From the NCBI RefSeq assembly GCF_041146345.1, contig NW_027191402.1:186001-250000 (forward strand): a stretch of 64,000 nt of DNA, given 5' to 3'. Position numbers and translations under genes: made by a program. The notes under the pieces are model-generated. The model saw only the letters and a program-made list of their open reading frames with translations. It did not search any database and was not told the DNA's origin. This stretch comes from Neodothiora populina (taxonomy: Eukaryota). How positions within the stretch are numbered: position 1 is the first letter of the stretch; every line of letters starts with the position of its first letter. Shown here in pieces: positions 12,550-26,665 of this stretch.

Positions 12550-13813
12550 GAGCGAATGAGCTTGAAGAGTGTTGGCCGAGTAGTGTGTCATGGCAGACCC
12601 CCCAATGACGGAACGGTCTGGGGTCCGGGTCAATTGCCAAGTCAGTTGCATGCAGGGTAAATCGAGTTCAAATATAGCAACAGTCGATCACAGATCGTGA
12701 GCCTTTTTCTGACGTCCTTCCAGAAGCATACAAGGATACTTTGGAGACGATGGAACACGCCGAAGGAGCTCGGGGGCAATGCTGATGTAGGTACAAGTAC
12801 AGTACAAAAGTGTAAACCATCGGCAGAGATTCAATCACATGCTCAAAGTCCCGAGTGGTCGCCTCAAACTCTATAGGTGGGGGATACGATGCGCAATCTC
12901 CAACAGATAAACTACCTTACCGAACTTGCGGCTCGTTGCTAGTATTGACATGGGTGGCAGTGCCTGGGATTCACAGATTGTATGTCCGCAAGGCGCGCGT
13001 GATGTAAAGGTATGAGACAAGAAGGAGATACAGAACAATGCCAGTGTCTATCAGTGGATTATTTGGCATCCTTCGGGGCCTTTCAATCGGGCTGTGAACC
13101 GGTGAGTATGTGCCGAGATACCGAGTATGACGGGAATAGAGAGACCCGTGACCGCAGTCGAACTCTACTGTATGGCGTGAGGGAGCTCCCCCACGTTCTG
13201 GCACGAGCGTCCGAAGAGCTTGAGTGAGGTAAAGTTGGACCCTTTATCGATCTCATATTCTCGCCATACAAGTACAGCTGGGCATGCATACAGCAGACAC
13301 TCTTGTCATTAGCGGCACTAGCACTAGCATTGAAATCCCTCGCCTATCAACAGGAGTGCGCAAATGTAGTAGTGGACGGGGGCCAGACGTCAGAGTGTGC
13401 CTAAAGTAAGAAAAGACGGGACAACAAATGACTGAGACTCCCAATCCAGAAGGATGGCGAGAAGTCGCATTGAGATCGATTAAGGTTAGCATCGACTGCT
13501 GCCGAACCCTGAGTCCTAGAACGCTAGTCCGTGCTAAGCGGGGATGATCGTGGCCCAAAACCATCGATGTTGGAGCTAAGGTATGCGCCCATAGGTATTG
13601 ACGTGCTCCATTGCAGTATATAAAGAGCCAGTGGCAACCAATTTGGGATATCGCTTCTCTATCATCAGCATCAGTTCTGTCGTGTTCTATCACTCAGTCA
13701 CTCAATTGTAGCATTCATATCACCACAAGTCGCATTCGACTACACTTCATAGTTCTTCAATCATCATTAAAGCTATCTTGCCCACTCCGCTTGCATAGCA
13801 ATCACTCCCATAG

Positions 13814-13859
13814 CAACAACAATAACAACAACAACAATAACAACAACAATAACAACAAC
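13814..13859 (+). repeat. (AAC/AAT)n microsatellite just upstream of the stomatin ATG
   Basis: About 15 trinucleotide units, AAC interrupted by AAT; reads as poly-Asn in ORF 13611..14336. Confidence 0.95.
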
Positions 13860-13874
13860 GAATCAGCATCCAAC

Positions 13875-15029
13875 ATGACCACCAACGGTAGCATGAATAT
13901 GTCCAAGGCAAGAGATTATGACCTGCCTGGTCAGCACTCTCCGAGCGCTCTCAGCCATGATCCCATTGTCAAAGTGCAGCCGCCACGCCGCGAAGACCTG
14001 CAGCCTTCGTATGCGCAAGTCATCAAGCCCGACACCGAAGACGAGGCGCAGCATGGCTGGTATGGCGCGATGGTCAATGGACTAGGATCTTTTGTCGGGA
14101 CACTTGGAGCCATTCCTTGCTGTGTCTGCTGTCCGAACCCTTACAAGCCTGTCAGTCAAGGCAATGTCGGTCTCGTCACCAAGTTTGGACGTTTCGCCCG
14201 CGCTGTAGACCCTGGTCTCGTCAAGATCAATCCTCTGTCTGAAAGCCTTATTCAGGTCGATGTGAAGATCCAGATTGTCGGTATGTATTGGTTTGCTATT
14301 CGGTCAAGTCCAAGATTATTTCGATCGTTCCGCTGACATGGCAAAACAGAGGTTCCTCAACAAGTGTGCATGACCAAAGACAATGTCAACCTTCACCTGA
14401 CATCGGTGATTTACTACCACATCACCTCCCCTCACAAGGCCGCCTTCGGAATCTCCAACATCCGCCAAGCGCTTGTCGAGCGCACCCAAACCACCCTCCG
14501 ACACGTTATCGGCGCCCGCGTCCTGCAAGACGTCATCGAGCGTCGCGAGGAGATTGCGCAATCGATCCGTGAAATCATCGAAGACACAGCGTCAGGATGG
14601 GGAGTAGCAGTCGAGAGCATGCTGGTCAAAGACATCATCTTCAGCCAAGACCTGCAAGACTCGCTCTCCATGGCGGCCCAGAGCAAGCGAACCGGAGAGG
14701 CCAAAGTCATCGCCGCCCGCGCAGAAGTCGAGTCTGCCAAACTCATGCGTCAAGCCGCTGATATCCTCTCGTCTGCTCCCGCAATGCAGATCCGTTACCT
14801 CGAGGCGATGCAGGCCATGGCCAAGTCGGCAAACAGCAAGGTCATCTTCATGCCTGGCTCGCCGAACCAGACTGTCCAGGGCCAGATGTCCATTGCCGAG
14901 TCCGCCGGTGAGGGACCAAGCAGATATCAAAACCAGAACAACACAGGCAGTGGCTTTGATGAATTCGGCAGCGGCGGCGTCACTGGCTTTCAGGGCGCCA
15001 TCAACAGCAGAGTCGTCGAGAACATGTAA
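13875..15029 (+). CDS. Stomatin / band-7 (SPFH) family protein
   Basis: Two exons with intron 14281-14349 (GTATGT...GCTGAC...ACAG). PCCVCCPNPY motif, GLVTKFGRF, MTKDNV, TTLRHVIG and the C-terminal AMQIRYLEAM coiled coil. Confidence 0.93.
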
Positions 15030-16442
15030 AGCTGACCAGTGATGATCGACTCACTGCGGCTCGCACACCACTGATGAACGTCTCTGCGACGACAGTCGGA
15101 CCCTCAGAAGAGAAAGGCGAAGGTTTTGGTCGAATTGGCGAAGCAATTCTTTTTTTTTTTTTTAAACCTTGCGGGGACATGAACAGGTTTCATGACGACG
15201 AACGAGACGATGAATCAAGGACCGGATGGAATGGAAGGAAGGATACCCCCTGTCGTTTTTGCTCTTTGTTTTGTTTCTGTCTTATTATGTTCTTCAGTCG
15301 GGTTCTATAGTTTTATAGTCGCGTATTCATTTGTTCTATGACTATCTCTGACTCTATACTTCTCATTCGTGTGTCATTGTCGGGGCTGTGCTTCTACATA
15401 TCATCTGTATTGTGTAGATAAGCGACCTCCAAGTCTCGCTCTTGGAACAAGTCAGTACTCCTCAACCATATGCTTCCTTCTTCTATTCGCTTCCTCCCTC
15501 TTTGTTCCCTTTCCTCTTTAGCTTCTCTCTGCAGGTACATGGAAAGGAGATGCTTATGTCCCGTATACCCCCACACCTAAGCGACCCGAGTTGTTGAACC
15601 TACTGACGAAGCTCGTATCATGCTCCACTAAAGGGTCTACAGTATAAGTCTAAACTGCGTTTGCCATGTGCATGTATAGTACAACACGGCACACTTGGTA
15701 TGGTAGTATCAAAGACGAGGGGAATCAAACCATCGTCATATTCACCAATAGTATAGGAGGTTCGAGCAAGGAAGGGACATTGCACTTCTTTCGGCACGTC
15801 GGACCTGAGGGTGACTTTTTGATATGAATTTTCTTCATCATTAAACATCTCCTTTTGTTTCAGCACAATAAGTAAAGGAAAGAAGAGGAAAAATCATATT
15901 TTTGAACTTTTTTTTATTTCTCATTTTTGGATTTTCCCATGACAGCCAAAAGGAAGAGAGATACTACATAAAACCAAAGCAACATGTCGTGAATGTGTGT
16001 TTGTGTGGATTTTGCTACAGAAAGGGTGAATCAAGCCCTCTCTTCACACCCCCTTTTCAAGAAGTGCCCTGGGAACCATGTGCCTTACCGCGCGCCTTTC
16101 GCCAGCCCTGAATGAAGGAACGAAAATTGCCTGGCGTCTACCTCCTCATCTTCTTGTCTGCTCTCTTTAGGCTCTATCACTTGCGCGCAAGGAAAAGGGA
16201 TCTTTTAGTAGTAAAGAAAGATGATTGTGAATTGGTCTTTCGGTACGCATCGTGAAATGTACTTTTCCACAGATGTACCATCAGCGTACTCGTTCGCCCG
16301 CGCAATGTAACCTTGGAGGGTCGACACTAAAGGCCGAGACAGCTGCCATGGGCAAGTGACCTGAGATCAGACAATCTCGATTATAATCCGCCTCCCCTTC
16401 AGACCTGCTCTTGCGTCGTGTATCAGATTGACATGAACGACT

Positions 16443-17910
16443 TTATACACCTGCGCCAGCACCGGTGATCTTGCTGATGCCGTTCTGGGCATATTGCGTG
16501 GGGTTGTAGGCAGCAGGGATCTGACTGCTGAAGCTGCCGAGGATGAGGAAGATGGTGAAGAGAACAGCTCCGAAGATGATGAGCTTCCTGAGGGCGGGGT
16601 GGCGGACACCGTAGTCAGCCCAGGCGCGGCCTGCGTTTCCGAGGTTCTCCTTGAGCTTGTCGGCACCGAGCTTGTAGTAGACAAGACCACCGAGAGCGAT
16701 CGAATATCCGAAAAACTGAAGCGGTGAGACAGGGTCGCGGAAGATGAGCATCGAGGCAACGACAAGAAGAATATCTTTGAGCACGCCGGAGAGGGTGAGG
16801 ACGAGAGATGAGGTTCTGCCGATCTGTGCAATTGTTAGAATCACAAGTAGACTGAAAGTCGCTTCTTCGCGGACTCACCAGGAAAACGACGGAGACGTTG
16901 AGCATGAATGCAATCATGGCGTTGGCCAAGAGCACGAATATTCCAACGCCGTAGATGTCGGCCATGGTCATCTTTGGGATCTCGACAACCAATGCGGTGA
17001 GGCCGTTCATGACAGCACATGCGGGTGCGAAGTAGTAAAGCGAGACCAAGGGGTCCATCTTGAACTCGGCGGAAGAGAGAAGGCTTTGAACCATGTTCAA
17101 TCGTACAGCCTCGAACATGATGCCACCGATCTGGAAGAGGAAACCCATGAGGACGAATTTGATCTCTCCGAAGGATGCAATGACAACACCGAGAACGATG
17201 ATGGAGACATTTCCGAGAGTCTTCATATCTGGAGGAGAGGTACCCATAATCCATCCAGTGACAAGCACAGCAACAGGTGTGGTGGCCTTTGATGTGTTAG
17301 CTTGATTCGAGCGCACAGTGGTTCATTTGAAGCTTACCTTCAGCATCTGAATGAACGAAACACTCAAGTACATGTATGTGAGGTTACCGCAGATGAGGGA
17401 CAAGGAGAAGAACAGGCCGATGGGAACAATAGCTCTGAGGTAGACCTTGCCAGTCATTGGCACCTTCTTCCTCGAGTCGAGAACGTGGGTGAAGCGGGCC
17501 ATGATCTGGGTCATGAGAGTTGCGAAAGCAAGATGCCATGTCGTGAGGAAAATAGGAAATCCTGATCGCAGTGTTAGTAGTGGTCGTCGAGTTGCGGTCA
17601 GCCATCAGGCGATGGAGGAACGTACTGAATTGAGCAGTATCGAGAATCCACTTGTTGAACAGAATAACACTGGAACTGAGAGTGATCCAGACACTGATAA
17701 AAAAAAGTCAGCCATCTTATTTTCCGGACTCTTCTACAGCTCCTCGCAGACATGCGGATACTCATCAAGTCAAACTTACCCAATGTACACTGCCGGGTGG
17801 AGTCCAGTTCTAGCAGGCTCTGGTTTCTCCAGCGCGGGGTTCACAGTTGGCAGAACAGGTGCAGATGACTCTGCTCTATCGACCTCGCCCGAAGTTCTCT
17901 CTTTCTCCAT
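16443..17910 (-). CDS. glfB: UDP-galactofuranose transporter (TPT / nucleotide-sugar transporter family)
   Basis: Five exons (donors near 17779, 17625, 17337, 16878). Motifs LHPAVYI, FPIFLTTWHL, YLSVSFIQMLKATTPV, KMDPLVSLYYFAP, TSSLVLTLSGVLKD. Adjacent and divergent to UDP-galactopyranose mutase, as known for Aspergillus glfA/glfB. Confidence 0.88.
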
Positions 17911-19539
17911 TGTATGTGACGAAGACGAGTATGCAAAGCTTGCGCAGTAGTGGTCGCGAGATTTATTATGCGCGCAGTGCGCTGATTATGACCGAGGCGG
18001 GAAAAAAGTACAAGTTGGCAGCTGAGCTACAATGTGCAAAATGCTACCGAGTAGTGGCAGTAATACAGGCAAGATGGAGAGGACAGAAAATGGAAAGGAG
18101 GAGGAAAAAAGTCGAGTACAAGGCAGAAAAGAGCGGAAGACAACAGCTTTTGGATCTAGAGTCGCAAAGGAGCAGACGTTGTCAACTTTGAGAGAAGGAA
18201 GAAGGGTGGGAAGTTTTGTTTGACCAACCAACGACGTAGACCGCAGGGGGCAATAGATACCAGCTGGAGGCCAAGCCACCCTCACCCGCGCGGTATCGTC
18301 GGTGGAACGGTGACCTTTAGTGCTTTGCCTGCCTTGCTGTGAGAAAATCATCGCTTCGACGCTCTTTTGACGCTAGGGTCAATCGACGCCATGATGGACC
18401 AGGATTGCGCGTCGTTTTCATGGGCCCCCCGAACCCGTCTACTACTACAAAGAGTGCTGCTACTTGTACAGTGCTCATCTGGCAGAGTGCGCAAGGCGAA
18501 ACCACGAGGCCGGACATGATTTGGTTCTGGTGTGGGATCCACACGACCACGTACGCCTCCTCACATTTCCCCCAGCTTGACCTTGAGCTTTATGAGCCTG
18601 TAACCATGGCGCTTTGATAGGCTTGCAGATCATGACATTTCCAATTTAGAGATCCACTCATGCTGATACATGGCAATGGAAAACGCAAACATCGTCGCTA
18701 CGAACCTTGTCTGCGAAGTCTGCTCTACGAATGGTCTGCCGCATCTATTGCACCCTAGCATTGAGAAGAGGCTTTGCAACTAACGACTGTTTTGGCGGGA
18801 AGCAGAAAGGGGACAGCGGGGACTTGGCTGCTTCTCCCCTTGTCCTACCAGTGTAGAGAAAGATTCGGTTATAGGCTGAGTCAAGCCGAAAATTACTTTG
18901 ACGGCAGACGAGTCCATTGGCAATCCTCATGTGCAATATCATGGGTATGTGGTACCAGTACAATCAATCCAGATGCGTTGAGGAGGGCCAATTTTACTCC
19001 CAGCACTCCGCATGTAGGAGGGCAAAAATGGGAAAGTGCTACTTGTAATTGCAAAACGGAAGGATCACTGATCCCGAGACGAGCATCCTAATATCGTCTG
19101 TAGAGTGGAATCACGATATGGCAGACACAACCGGACAGAGATTGGTATTGGAGTGTAGACACAATCGCAAGCATCAGAGACGTGGACGAAGATCTATCTG
19201 TCTTTGACACTCCGACTGCGGGCCACAAGGGGGTCGAGGCGTCTCAAAGAGATTGTTTCAGGATAGGCTCTCGGGTTAAGCACGGATTCTCAGCCTCTAA
19301 CAGTTTACCCAACGCCGTAGCATGGGACGGTACGTAAGGAGCAATGATCGGCAGACCGAGGAAGCTGGATGCCATCCCTTTTCGCCTCCCTCCAGAAGAA
19401 TATCATTCTGCTTCAAGTCGCTCTCAAAATCCATTGAGGTCTTGCTGTATCTTCTCAAGTGCTTTCTGTTACTCTCTGTGTGTTTTTCTGTGCCTTTTGA
19501 TACCCTAATTATACATTACACACACAAAACCAGAACATA

Positions 19540-21267
<1,728 letters not shown>

Positions 21268-21867
21268 ATGCGGACATGAACGGGAAGAAAGATAAAGAGT
21301 CAGTCCAAGTGAAATACGAGTATAGATTCGGGGGGTGGTGAAGGAGTCCAGGAGCACAAATGCACTGATATACGAACTTTGTCATGTTGGGAAGCTACAA
21401 AGAGTGCGAGCAAGAAGCGAGAGAAGTTTTACATACACTACGCAAGTCTATGGACAAACTCGGATCTTCTAGACAGACAGGGAGGGAAGCAGGACGCTGT
21501 GCGCCTGCTTTTACTTCAAGCGGATAGATATAGTCTTTTTGTTCTTTTGCGGTCTTTGGGAGTGTGTTCACATTCCGCACTGATATCCCACTGTTCTCCA
21601 TCTGAGAATGAAGAAATGCAAATCGAAAAAAAACTTGGAAAAAACAATCCCGTCCGAGCTTCTACCATTTGTTATATCGTACCCAAGGATCGCGGGAAAT
21701 GGACGGGAGGAGTGTGGTAAGAGGTAAAGTGTAGTACCTAGAGTACCTTAGGGTATCTAATATGCACGCAATGATGCACGCATGCATACATGCACGACGC
21801 AGGGATATATTGCACATTGAAGGAAGACGAAAGGGAAATTACGCCGATGATAATAACATGACTGGGA

Positions 21868-21869
<2 letters not shown>

Positions 21870-21908
<39 letters not shown>
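21870..21908. repeat. (GT)n dinucleotide microsatellite
   Basis: About 19 perfect GT units, intergenic. Confidence 0.97.
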
Positions 21909-21909
<1 letters not shown>

Positions 21910-23102
21910 CTGAGTGGTAGGAGTTATAGGAACAGTAATCCAAGTGCAGAGAATTTTGAAACCGACGAGATCGCTTTTGTGGAAATTATTGCATTTGGAT
22001 TGTGGGGTTTGTATATACTGTTGTGGAAATTATCCTGCTTCTTCTTCTGCTTCGTTTTTGGATTGGTTTATATGAATCGTCCTATTCAACACCGATGCCA
22101 GTACAGCTCGACCATGCTATGCACGTATAGTTGGTCCTCGCGAACCTCCGGCCTGTGGTGATATGAAGATGTACCTACAAGAATCTTATTCCTCGCGAGT
22201 CAGCATTGAAGTCCAAGCAGACCAGCAGGAAGATGTTCACAGGACCAGAACAGATACAAAAAAGAAGAAATGTCTCTCTTTATAATCTCAGAAGGAAGGC
22301 AACGGAAAATGTCCACACGGTTTTGCGCTCTCGGACAATAATAATGTTTTTACATCCGAAAATACTTCATCATAGGAAGAGAGAGAGGGAAAGGGATCAA
22401 GTGCAACTGCTTGAAAAGCGGGAAAAAAGACTTACGGATGTTTTCGTGTGGACAGGCTTGGTCGGAGAGAAGTATGTTCATTTGCGCACGCTGGACATAT
22501 TGCGACTGGGGGAGGAAAGCCCTCTCTCTCTCTTCACAAGCCTGTCATAGATGTCGACAGAAATGTAACCTGCTGCACATATCCAAGCAAGACAGTGTAT
22601 TACAGTTCAAGGAAGAGAAAGCAAGCGTCGAAAGAGGTTTTGTAACAATCTTCCCCTGGCGCGCCCAAGCTCTCTCTCGAGATGAACCGAGCCTTGGCAA
22701 GTGTGGGCCGCCTGTCTGTCTCTCTGTTCCCCGCAGCGAACGGGGTTAAGCACTATTATCGCCGCCATTGTTCACGTCAACCATACGAAGTAGTTATTAT
22801 TCATTGAAACGAATGCGTATTGCTGACAAAACGTATAGATCAGTAGTGCTCAACCCGTCAGCATGAGAAGTGTTATATCTCGAGTCCAGCGTAGCCATTT
22901 GAACCCAAGCAAAATCAGTCCAAAAACACAGCTGCTGCATCTATACTGCCGAGCACAGAGGACCTGCCATTATCATCCTACCCCTCACCTGATAATATCA
23001 TCATCGCCACTCCCACATCTCATACACCGAACCCACCACCACATTTCCAAGACCCAAACACCTCCACTCAGAGCACACTACACAACCACCACCACCCCGA
23101 AA

Positions 23103-23675
23103 ATGGCCTCCTCCGGATTCCCCCCTCAATCCCTCAAGCCCCTCCTAGCCGAAGTAACCACCCTACTCAGCTCGCGAAACGAACTCGTCGCAGTAGCCGA
23201 AACCGCCGCAGGAGGCATCCTGTCCTCGTCCCTGCTCTCGACCCCCGGCGCCTCCAAGATCTACGCCGGCGGTCTGACCCTCTACACGCTCGAAGCGCGC
23301 GTGGCCTTCGGCGGCTGGACGCAAGAGAACATCGCCAACTACGCGGGCCCGACGTCCGATATCGTCAAGGGCCTTGCGCGTCATGTCAGAGGTCAGCTGA
23401 GCAAGGCCACGTATGCGATTGCGGAAAGCGGGACTGCGGGACCGTCGGCTGGGGGCCCGAGGGGCCAGGATGGAGAGGACGTTAAGAGGCGTAAGACGCC
23501 TGGGTATGTTGTTCTTGCGGTCGATTGTGCCGATGGGAGATGTTTCTCTAGAGAGGTCGAGACGGGGCTTGGAGGGGATCGGGCTGCGAATATGGTTAGG
23601 TTTGCGGAGGAGGGGTTGAGGTTGCTTAGGGATGTTATCAAGGGGGACATTGAGGGGGATGAGCTGTTTCCGTAG
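23103..23675 (+). CDS. CinA C-terminal / PncC-like domain protein (possible longer form from ATG 22863)
   Basis: VAVAETAAGG, PGASKIYAGGLTLY, AIAESGTAGP, PGYVVLAV and GDRAANM match the CinA/PncC fold pattern. ATG 23103 has a good context (AAAATGG). Confidence 0.85.
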   Translation: MASSGFPPQSLKPLLAEVTTLLSSRNELVAVAETAAGGILSSSLLSTPGASKIYAGGLTLYTLEARVAFGGWTQENIANYAGPTSDIVKGLARHVRGQLSKATYAIAESGTAGPSAGGPRGQDGEDVKRRKTPGYVVLAVDCADGRCFSREVETGLGGDRAANMVRFAEEGLRLLRDVIKGDIEGDELFP

Positions 23676-23983
23676 GATTTGTTTTGGTAGATGTAACAGA
23701 GGGTTAGACAAGGGATGGGCTATGAAAAGTATGGTCGTTTGGAAACAGCAAGGAAAGACTCCGACGATGGGTTCTTTTGGTATTCATCCAAGCGCTGGCT
23801 AATGTCAAGACATACATCAATATCTCAACTCTGTCGTTTATAGGCAATCATTACTTCATCACTCTCACTCTCTCTTTCTGTTCCTCGTAACAGCCACGAT
23901 GCTGCCAAGTCTTTCGAGTCTCATCAAGTCTCATCGAGTCCAGCCCGAGTACCCTCGACTCGTCTCGAGTCCCATGCCTCAAC

Positions 23984-25629
23984 TCAAAGTGTGTACACAA
24001 AATCAGGATTCTCTCGATCCGTCAAGTCCAGAAACTCCTGGTTCTCCAACCGCACATAGTCAGGAGCGTCTCTGATGGCTTGCTTGCGCTTGTTCTGCAG
24101 CCTGCAGTACCAGTAGATAAAGTACATGTCGGCGATACACACCGCATAGCAGACTATGATGACGATCTCGGCGGGCACATAGCGAGGAGCGTCCGAGGGT
24201 CTGAAGGTCTGAGGTCCGATGATATTGCCTACACAGTATGAAACCAGGAACAGAGCTGCCACTGTTGTCTTTTTGGTGTATCCAGCCACGTTGGAAGAGA
24301 TGAGAGACAGCAAGGCCACAAAGGAAGTCGCCGAAGCGCCGGTCAAGTAGTAACCTGCCAGTCTACCACCGTTGTTCTCGAGCGGCAACGCCACGATCAG
24401 GATAATGCCGATAAGTGACATCCACATCCAGAAAGTGGACACTATGATGCGGGAGCCGAGTTTGTCGCCCAAATAGCCCGCCGACAGCAGGGATATGATC
24501 TCCACGGCTCCGCTAGGAGTTCCATAGAGCAACGACTGCTCTGAAGTATAGCCAAACGACTCAATCAATTGAGAAAAGAAATTGGTCAGTCCGCCGTTAG
24601 GAATGTCCGCTATAAGTGAGTATGCGACGAATGCCCAAGTGAGAGGGTCACTTAACGCTTCCTTCACTTGGTACATCTTGAAGTGTTTGTTGCCGATACC
24701 TTGTTGGTTGACACGGACACGCTCGACTGCGAGCAGGCGCTCTTCTTTCGTCAGGAATCTTGCGTTAAGCTGATTGTCTGGCATGGCGTAAAGACACCAG
24801 AAGCCAACGACTACAGTCAGAAGGCCGATGGTAATGAAGACAATCTTCCAGGACTCGATCGACGAGCCGTTGATATCTGTGCCCCTTGCGATGCCATAGG
24901 CGACGAGACCACCAACGATTTGAGCCCAGCCGTTGAAGGAGAACCAGATACCAGTGCGGAAACCTTGCTCCTTGACCGTGTACCATTGACTTGTTAGAAG
25001 AGAAAATCCAGGTGTGACTGCCGACTCGAACAAGCCCAGGAAAAATCGAACTGCCACGGCGCCTTGGAAGTTTTCTACCGCAGCAAAGCACGATAGACAC
25101 GCTCCCCAGAGGATGACGTTGAAGGCAGAATACTTGCCCAAAGGCAAACGTTGCAAAAGTCGGTTGGTTGGATATTCCCAGGCCAGGTAGCCAAAGTAAA
25201 ACACAGAGCCTATGATTGTGTTAGAGGGCAGATGTCACAGCTGTCTTGAGAACAATGCAAGATCATACCGAGCCATTGATAATCATTGCCTTCCAGATGA
25301 ATGTCCTGCTTCATATGCATAACAGAAGCATACGAAATGGATGTTTTGTCAAGAAAGTTCAGCATGTACACGACGCACATCAAGGGCATCAGATTCCAGT
25401 CAATCTTCCGCAATATCCTCTTGTTGGTTTCTTCGTCGAGCTCAAGCACTTGACCATCAGCCTCCATAAAGGCCTTCATGGCCTCGTCCGCATCCGTGGC
25501 ATGCTCGAGGATCTTCTTGTCGATGACACTCCCACTTCGAATGGCATCTGCGACGTCTGTTTGAGGGTTCTTCTCCACGTCATCGACCGGACCATGCTTC
25601 TCGTCGTAGGCGGGAGATGGCTCCGACAT
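23984..25629 (-). CDS. MFS transporter, allantoate permease (Dal5 / anion:cation symporter) family
   Basis: Two exons with intron 25268-25210. LRKIDWNLMP, NFLDKTSISYA, RFFLGLFES, SQWYTVKEQGFR, SSNVAGYTKK, FLDLTDRENPDFVYTL. Confidence 0.93.
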
Positions 25630-26665
25630 GTTTCGACCGAGTATGAAGTCGCGTTCTGATGTACCGTAGGACCTTCCAAACTGCAAAATTGTCGATCGGT
25701 AATATCAAAAGCAAATGAATGGATGTTCAAAGTCCAACCAGATACCTGCGGTATATAAGCGAGTACTACTCATACTCTTTATCTCTGATGATACGTGCAA
25801 CGGTCAAACCTACCCTGGAGAGCACCTCCGACCTCGCCACTCGCTACCTACCTGAGAGCTACAAGGTTACAGTATCATCGGATTCTGATTGAACGCGTGA
25901 ATATATCAGATAGGCGTGGAATAGACACGAGAGGCTACTGATAAGCATCTTGCCATGAGACGGCGGCGAAGTAAGATCACCTACTGCAGCGAAGATCATG
26001 AACAGATCGAGGTGGTATTGGACAATGCCGTGGACCATGCCCTGATGCACATGCACACTGTTTGCGGGCCCGACGGCCGGGGTGGATGTGTTGATAGGCA
26101 GACAATACTCCTTGTGGGGGAAGGTCGTTATTGTGAGACGTATCGGTAGATACTGTACAGCAGGTCTTGGCGGACCATAAACTTTTACGTACAGCAATCC
26201 GAAGCTTTTGTGGCAATAGTTTGGCATGTGAACTAAGCTTTAGGGGCGTCCTCTAACGATCACTCAAGACATTTATTTCCACACAGCTTCTTGTTCGTCG
26301 AGGTCGTTGCAAATATAGTTGTTCATTATGCGCGTATCTAAGTTGCTTGAATGTCCTCTGGCTTGACGATGCTTTCGAGTAACCATTATAGAGGGGCATA
26401 TTGATCTCGGCAAGCAATCGGCCGATGATAGAGCTACGGGTTCCGCCAAGACGTTTTCTATTTAGCAAGCAGAACCGAGCAGGTGGGGTCGAAGTCGTGG
26501 AGATGTGAGGGTGGAGTATCATTAGGTATCCATGTGTTTGACAGTTGTCACTTTATATATGTCCATCGAGGAACGAGGAGGGACAGATCTTAGAAATTGT
26601 GGTATATTGGGTATTCTGCATGATGGTCAAGGGGGAACGAGAGTGTCCGTGTGAGAGCTACTCCC

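Noticed and set aside
15039..15110. GTGATGA...CTGA resembling a box C/D snoRNA
   Set aside because: Boxes are too close, there is no terminal D box or stem, and I recognise no rRNA guide; it lies in the stomatin 3' UTR.
15394..16111. Small ORFs between stomatin and glfB (likewise 21379-22749, 42186-43485, 47589-48213)
   Set aside because: No coding-like composition, splice support or recognisable domains.
23910..23975. Short GAGTCTCATC-type repeats; also CTCTCTACTGGG x2 near 49101-49125 and ATGCACGCA near 21762-21800
   Set aside because: Two or three degenerate copies in UTR or intergenic DNA; no spacer structure, terminal inverted repeats or target-site duplications.
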